NCBI GenBank assembly: GCA_965224085.1
Contig: CBDCYI010000005.1
Span: 1,504,001 to 1,568,000 of the forward strand
Length of the DNA: 64,000 bases
DNA from: Candidatus Marinacidobacterales bacterium
GTDB taxonomy: Bacteria > Acidobacteriota > Vicinamibacteria > Marinacidobacterales > SMYC01
Direction: 5' to 3'
Position 1 is the stretch's first letter. Every line of letters starts with the position of its first letter. This document shows, in pieces, positions 60,970 to 64,000 of the stretch. The notes beneath the pieces are model-generated. The model was not told where the DNA came from. It saw only the letters and a list, made by a program, of their open reading frames with translations, and searched no databases. The position numbers and the translations under genes are program-made.

Positions 60970-62190
60970 ACGAACGTGGTTTTCGTCGCGCCCTATTTCG
61001 CCGAAACGACGCTTCGCTTCATAAGCGCTGCGGCGGGTCTTCACAACGTACGACTCGGCCTCATCAGCCAGGATCCCGAAGAGAAGCTCCCCGAGAGTTT
61101 GCGTAAACAGCTGGCGGGCCACTACCGCGTCGAAGCGGGTCTTTCGCGAAGCGCCATCGAGAAGGCCACGCGCGCGATGAAGCGCACCTTCGGCTCGGTC
61201 GATCGTTTGCTCGGAACGCTCGAGCAGCTTCAAGTGCCCCTTGGTCAAATTCGCGACGAGCTCGGTATCTCCGGCATGGGCGCCGAAGCCGCGCGGAATT
61301 TTCGTGACAAAGCGCTCATGAAAACGCTGCTCGCACGCCATGGGCTCCCTTGCGCACGCCATCGCCTCGTGCGCGACACGAGAGAGGCATTCGCCTTCGT
61401 GCGAGAGGTCGGCTTCCCGCTCGTCATAAAGCCGCCCGCGGGCGCAGGGGCGCAGTCGACATTTCGCCTCGATGACGATCGGGCGCTCTCGGAATGTCTC
61501 GCTTCGATGCCGCCCTCGGATACGAGACCAACGCTCCTCGAAGAGTTCATCGTCGGGGAGGAACATTCTTTCGACAGCGTGGTGCTCGCCGGAGAGCTCA
61601 CGTGGTACTCGATCAACGATTACTACCCCGCACCCATCGAAGTCTTGCGCCATCCTTGGATTCAGTGGAGCGTGGTCTCGCCCATCGAGCTCGACCATCC
61701 GCGTTATTCGGCCATCCGGAAGGTCGCGGGCCCAGCTCTATCCGTTCTCGGTCTCGAGAACGGCCTGAGCCACATGGAGTGGTTCGCGCGCACAGACGGA
61801 AGCGTTGCGATCTCGGAGGTGGGCGCCCGACCTCCCGGTGCGCAGTTCGCGACGCTTCTTTCTTATGCCCATGATTTTGATTTCTACAGCGCTTGGGCGC
61901 GGCTCATGGTCGAGGACGTCTTCGAGCCGCCGCCACGGCGATACGCCGTGGGTGCGGCCTATTTGCGTGGTCAGGGCACGGGCGCACGCGTTACCGGCAT
62001 TCGCGGGCTCGAACAAGCGCAGCGCGACGTCGGCGATCTCGTCGCCGAGGTCAAGCTTCCGGAGCTAGGCCAATCGCCGTCGGGAACTTACGAAGGCGAG
62101 GGCTTTGTCATCCTGCGTCACGAAGACACCGATGTCGTGAAGCGAGGCATCAAACGTGTCCTCGAGCAAGTCTACGTGCAGCTGGCCTAA
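60967..62190 (+). CDS. ATP-grasp ligase B
   Basis: FRDKALMK, FPLVIKP..GAG, EEFIVGEE, SHMEWF, SEVGARPPG. Confidence 0.9.
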   Translation: MTNVVFVAPYFAETTLRFISAAAGLHNVRLGLISQDPEEKLPESLRKQLAGHYRVEAGLSRSAIEKATRAMKRTFGSVDRLLGTLEQLQVPLGQIRDELGISGMGAEAARNFRDKALMKTLLARHGLPCARHRLVRDTREAFAFVREVGFPLVIKPPAGAGAQSTFRLDDDRALSECLASMPPSDTRPTLLEEFIVGEEHSFDSVVLAGELTWYSINDYYPAPIEVLRHPWIQWSVVSPIELDHPRYSAIRKVAGPALSVLGLENGLSHMEWFARTDGSVAISEVGARPPGAQFATLLSYAHDFDFYSAWARLMVEDVFEPPPRRYAVGAAYLRGQGTGARVTGIRGLEQAQRDVGDLVAEVKLPELGQSPSGTYEGEGFVILRHEDTDVVKRGIKRVLEQVYVQLA

Positions 62191-62207
62191 GCCCCAAAGA
62201 GGGTCCT

Positions 62208-63440
62208 ATGAACGTCCTCATGATGAGTCCGGGTTTTCCGGCGGAGATGCCTTTTTTCACGCGCGGGCTCGCGCGCGTTGGCGCAAACGCCATCGGAATA
62301 GGTGATCAAGCGCAATCGGCGCTCCCCGAGCTCGCGCGCGATAGCCTCAGCGCTTACTTCCAAATCCCGTCTTTCACCGACACTGACGAAGACGCGATCT
62401 TTCGGCAAGTCGAGGCCATCCACCAAAAAGCGCGACTCGACCGCATCGAATGCCTCTGGGAGCCTTTCATGCTCCTCGCGGCGAAGCTTCGGGAGCATCT
62501 CGGCATAGCGGGTATGACGGTCGAAGAGACGATCCCGTTCCGTGACAAAGAGATCATGAAAAAGCGGCTCGACGACGCAGGTATCCGTACGCCGCGACAT
62601 GCGAGCGTCACCACCGTCGAGGGCTGCCGGAAGGCCGCGGCCGCGATCGGTTTTCCGGAAAGGTCGGTCGTCGTCAAGCCCATCGCGGGGGCCGGAGCGG
62701 CCGACACCTATCACGTACGAAGCGCCGACGAGCTCGAAGCCGTGCTCCCAGCGCTCGGCCACGTGGCCGAAGTGAGCGTCGAGGAGTTCATTGACGGCGA
62801 CGACTATACCTACGAGACGATTTGCATCGACGGCAAGATCGAGCATTTCAGCATCTCTTTTTATCGACCTCGAGCGCTTCAAGCACGGACTCATGAGTGG
62901 ATAAGCCCGCAAACCGTCGTTGTGCGCCTTGTTCAGGACGAAGCGCTTCGACCCGGCTGCAAGATGGGCGAGGCGGTCGTAAAAGCATTGAACTTTAAGA
63001 CGGGCTTTACGCACATGGAGTGGTTCAAAACCCCTTCCGGTGAAGCCGTGTTCGGCGAGATCGCCGCTCGGCCACCGGGTGCGCACCTCGTCGACCTCAT
63101 CAACTACGCCTCTGATATCGATGTTTTCACAGGCTGGGCCGAGGCCATTTGCCACGGCCGCTTCACTCAAACCGTCGATCGCAAATACAACGCCGCCTGG
63201 ATCTACAAACGCGCCGAGGGCGAGGGTGTCATCCACAAGATCGACGGCCTCGCGACTTTGATGGCCGAGCTCGGCGAGCACGTGATGTTATTGGACCTCC
63301 TTCCGATAGGGGCGCCCCGCCGCAACTGGAAACAAACCCTCGTTTCAGACGGGATGATCATCGTGCGCCACCCCAACCTCGAGCGCACGTTGGAGATCGC
63401 CGATCGCTTCGCAACCGAGCTCAGAATGTATGCGCGCTGA
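62208..63440 (+). CDS. ATP-grasp ligase C
   Basis: FRDKEIMK, VVKPIAGAG, EEFIDG, THMEWF, GEIAARPPG. Confidence 0.9.
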   Translation: MNVLMMSPGFPAEMPFFTRGLARVGANAIGIGDQAQSALPELARDSLSAYFQIPSFTDTDEDAIFRQVEAIHQKARLDRIECLWEPFMLLAAKLREHLGIAGMTVEETIPFRDKEIMKKRLDDAGIRTPRHASVTTVEGCRKAAAAIGFPERSVVVKPIAGAGAADTYHVRSADELEAVLPALGHVAEVSVEEFIDGDDYTYETICIDGKIEHFSISFYRPRALQARTHEWISPQTVVVRLVQDEALRPGCKMGEAVVKALNFKTGFTHMEWFKTPSGEAVFGEIAARPPGAHLVDLINYASDIDVFTGWAEAICHGRFTQTVDRKYNAAWIYKRAEGEGVIHKIDGLATLMAELGEHVMLLDLLPIGAPRRNWKQTLVSDGMIIVRHPNLERTLEIADRFATELRMYAR

Positions 63441-63446
63441 CGCTTG

Positions 63447-64000
63447 TCACTTGGAAAAGGCTCGTCGGATCTCTTCGGCGAGGATCGCGATACCCTTTCG
63501 GACGATGTCGTCGTCTTGGGAATAACTCACTCGCAAACATTCCTGTTTGTGACGCCACAGCTCGTCGAGGCCGGGAAAGAAGTAGTGCCCGGGAACGACG
63601 AGAACGCCGCGCTTTTTGAGACGTTCGTAAAGGACGGTTGACGTGACCGGCATGTTCTCGAGCCAGAGCCAGAAAAAGAACGTGCCCTCGGGCTTGTGCA
63701 CGCGATAGGGCAAGCCCTTCATCGCTTCGCGAAGCCAACCGAGCGCAAGTTGCGACTTGCGCTCGTAGAACGGCCGGATTTTTTTTCGAGAGAGCTCGAG
63801 CACATCTCCGCTCGCCACGAGATCGCGGGCCAAGACCGCCCCGAAGCTTCCAGGTGCGAGGCTCACGATGGCGTTCATCGCAGAGACGGCTCTGATTATC
63901 ATCTCATTTGCGATGACGATCCCGGTGCGAACGCCAGGAAGGCCGAGCTTCGAGAGACTCATCGACAAGATGATGTTCTCGTTCCAGATCGGCCCGGCAT
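63447..64000 (-). CDS. avtA: Valine-pyruvate transaminase, C-terminal part, running off the window
   Basis: [46 protein letters not shown]. Confidence 0.9.
   Translation of the reverse strand, partial: AGPIWNENIILSMSLSKLGLPGVRTGIVIANEMIIRAVSAMNAIVSLAPGSFGAVLARDLVASGDVLELSRKKIRPFYERKSQLALGWLREAMKGLPYRVHKPEGTFFFWLWLENMPVTSTVLYERLKKRGVLVVPGHYFFPGLDELWRHKQECLRVSYSQDDDIVRKGIAILAEEIRRAFSK

Noticed and set aside
58201-63440. ATP-grasp genes as carbamoyl-phosphate synthase, Ddl, cyanophycin synthetase or a graspetide RiPP cluster
   Set aside because: Sizes and domain layout do not fit (no Mur-ligase domain, no CarA), and no precursor peptide ORF is evident

Overview
GC-rich bacterial chromosomal window. 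Gene content (ADOP-type MacB/FtsX permeases with PadR, PQQ dehydrogenase, TPAT transporter, DUF4388/TPR protein, PEP-CTERM protein) suggests Acidobacteriota, which is inference. It contains four IS elements or remnants (two IS903-like IS5, a truncated ISNCY-like, and one IS with a DUF6788-like passenger), a CTAG-flanked MITE and a family of structured intergenic repeats. Other loci: a TPP riboswitch-TonB receptor-pnuC-NadR-like kinase operon, an Rrf2 + sigma-70 pair, tkt, a Crp/Fnr regulator, a REC-GGDEF-EAL protein, a TPAT transporter, a sigma-54 HlyD/ABC/ADOP operon, etfBA, a GT2/PNP-like/TauE/SPL-like radical SAM operon, orn, an M17 peptidase, fused selD, ridA, dcyD, rfbB and avtA. The most notable locus is 55.3-63.4 kb: three ATP-grasp ligases, two esterases (one with a probable glycogen-binding N-terminal domain), an S51/cyanophycinase-like protein and glgA. 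Its two arms diverge from a symmetric 22-bp spacer that carries TATAAT on both strands, each exactly 7 nt before a start codon. Many single-base frameshifts may be sequencing errors, and several genes have large internal deletions. No rRNA, tRNA or CRISPR array was seen. All family assignments come from motif recognition by eye, not from database searches.
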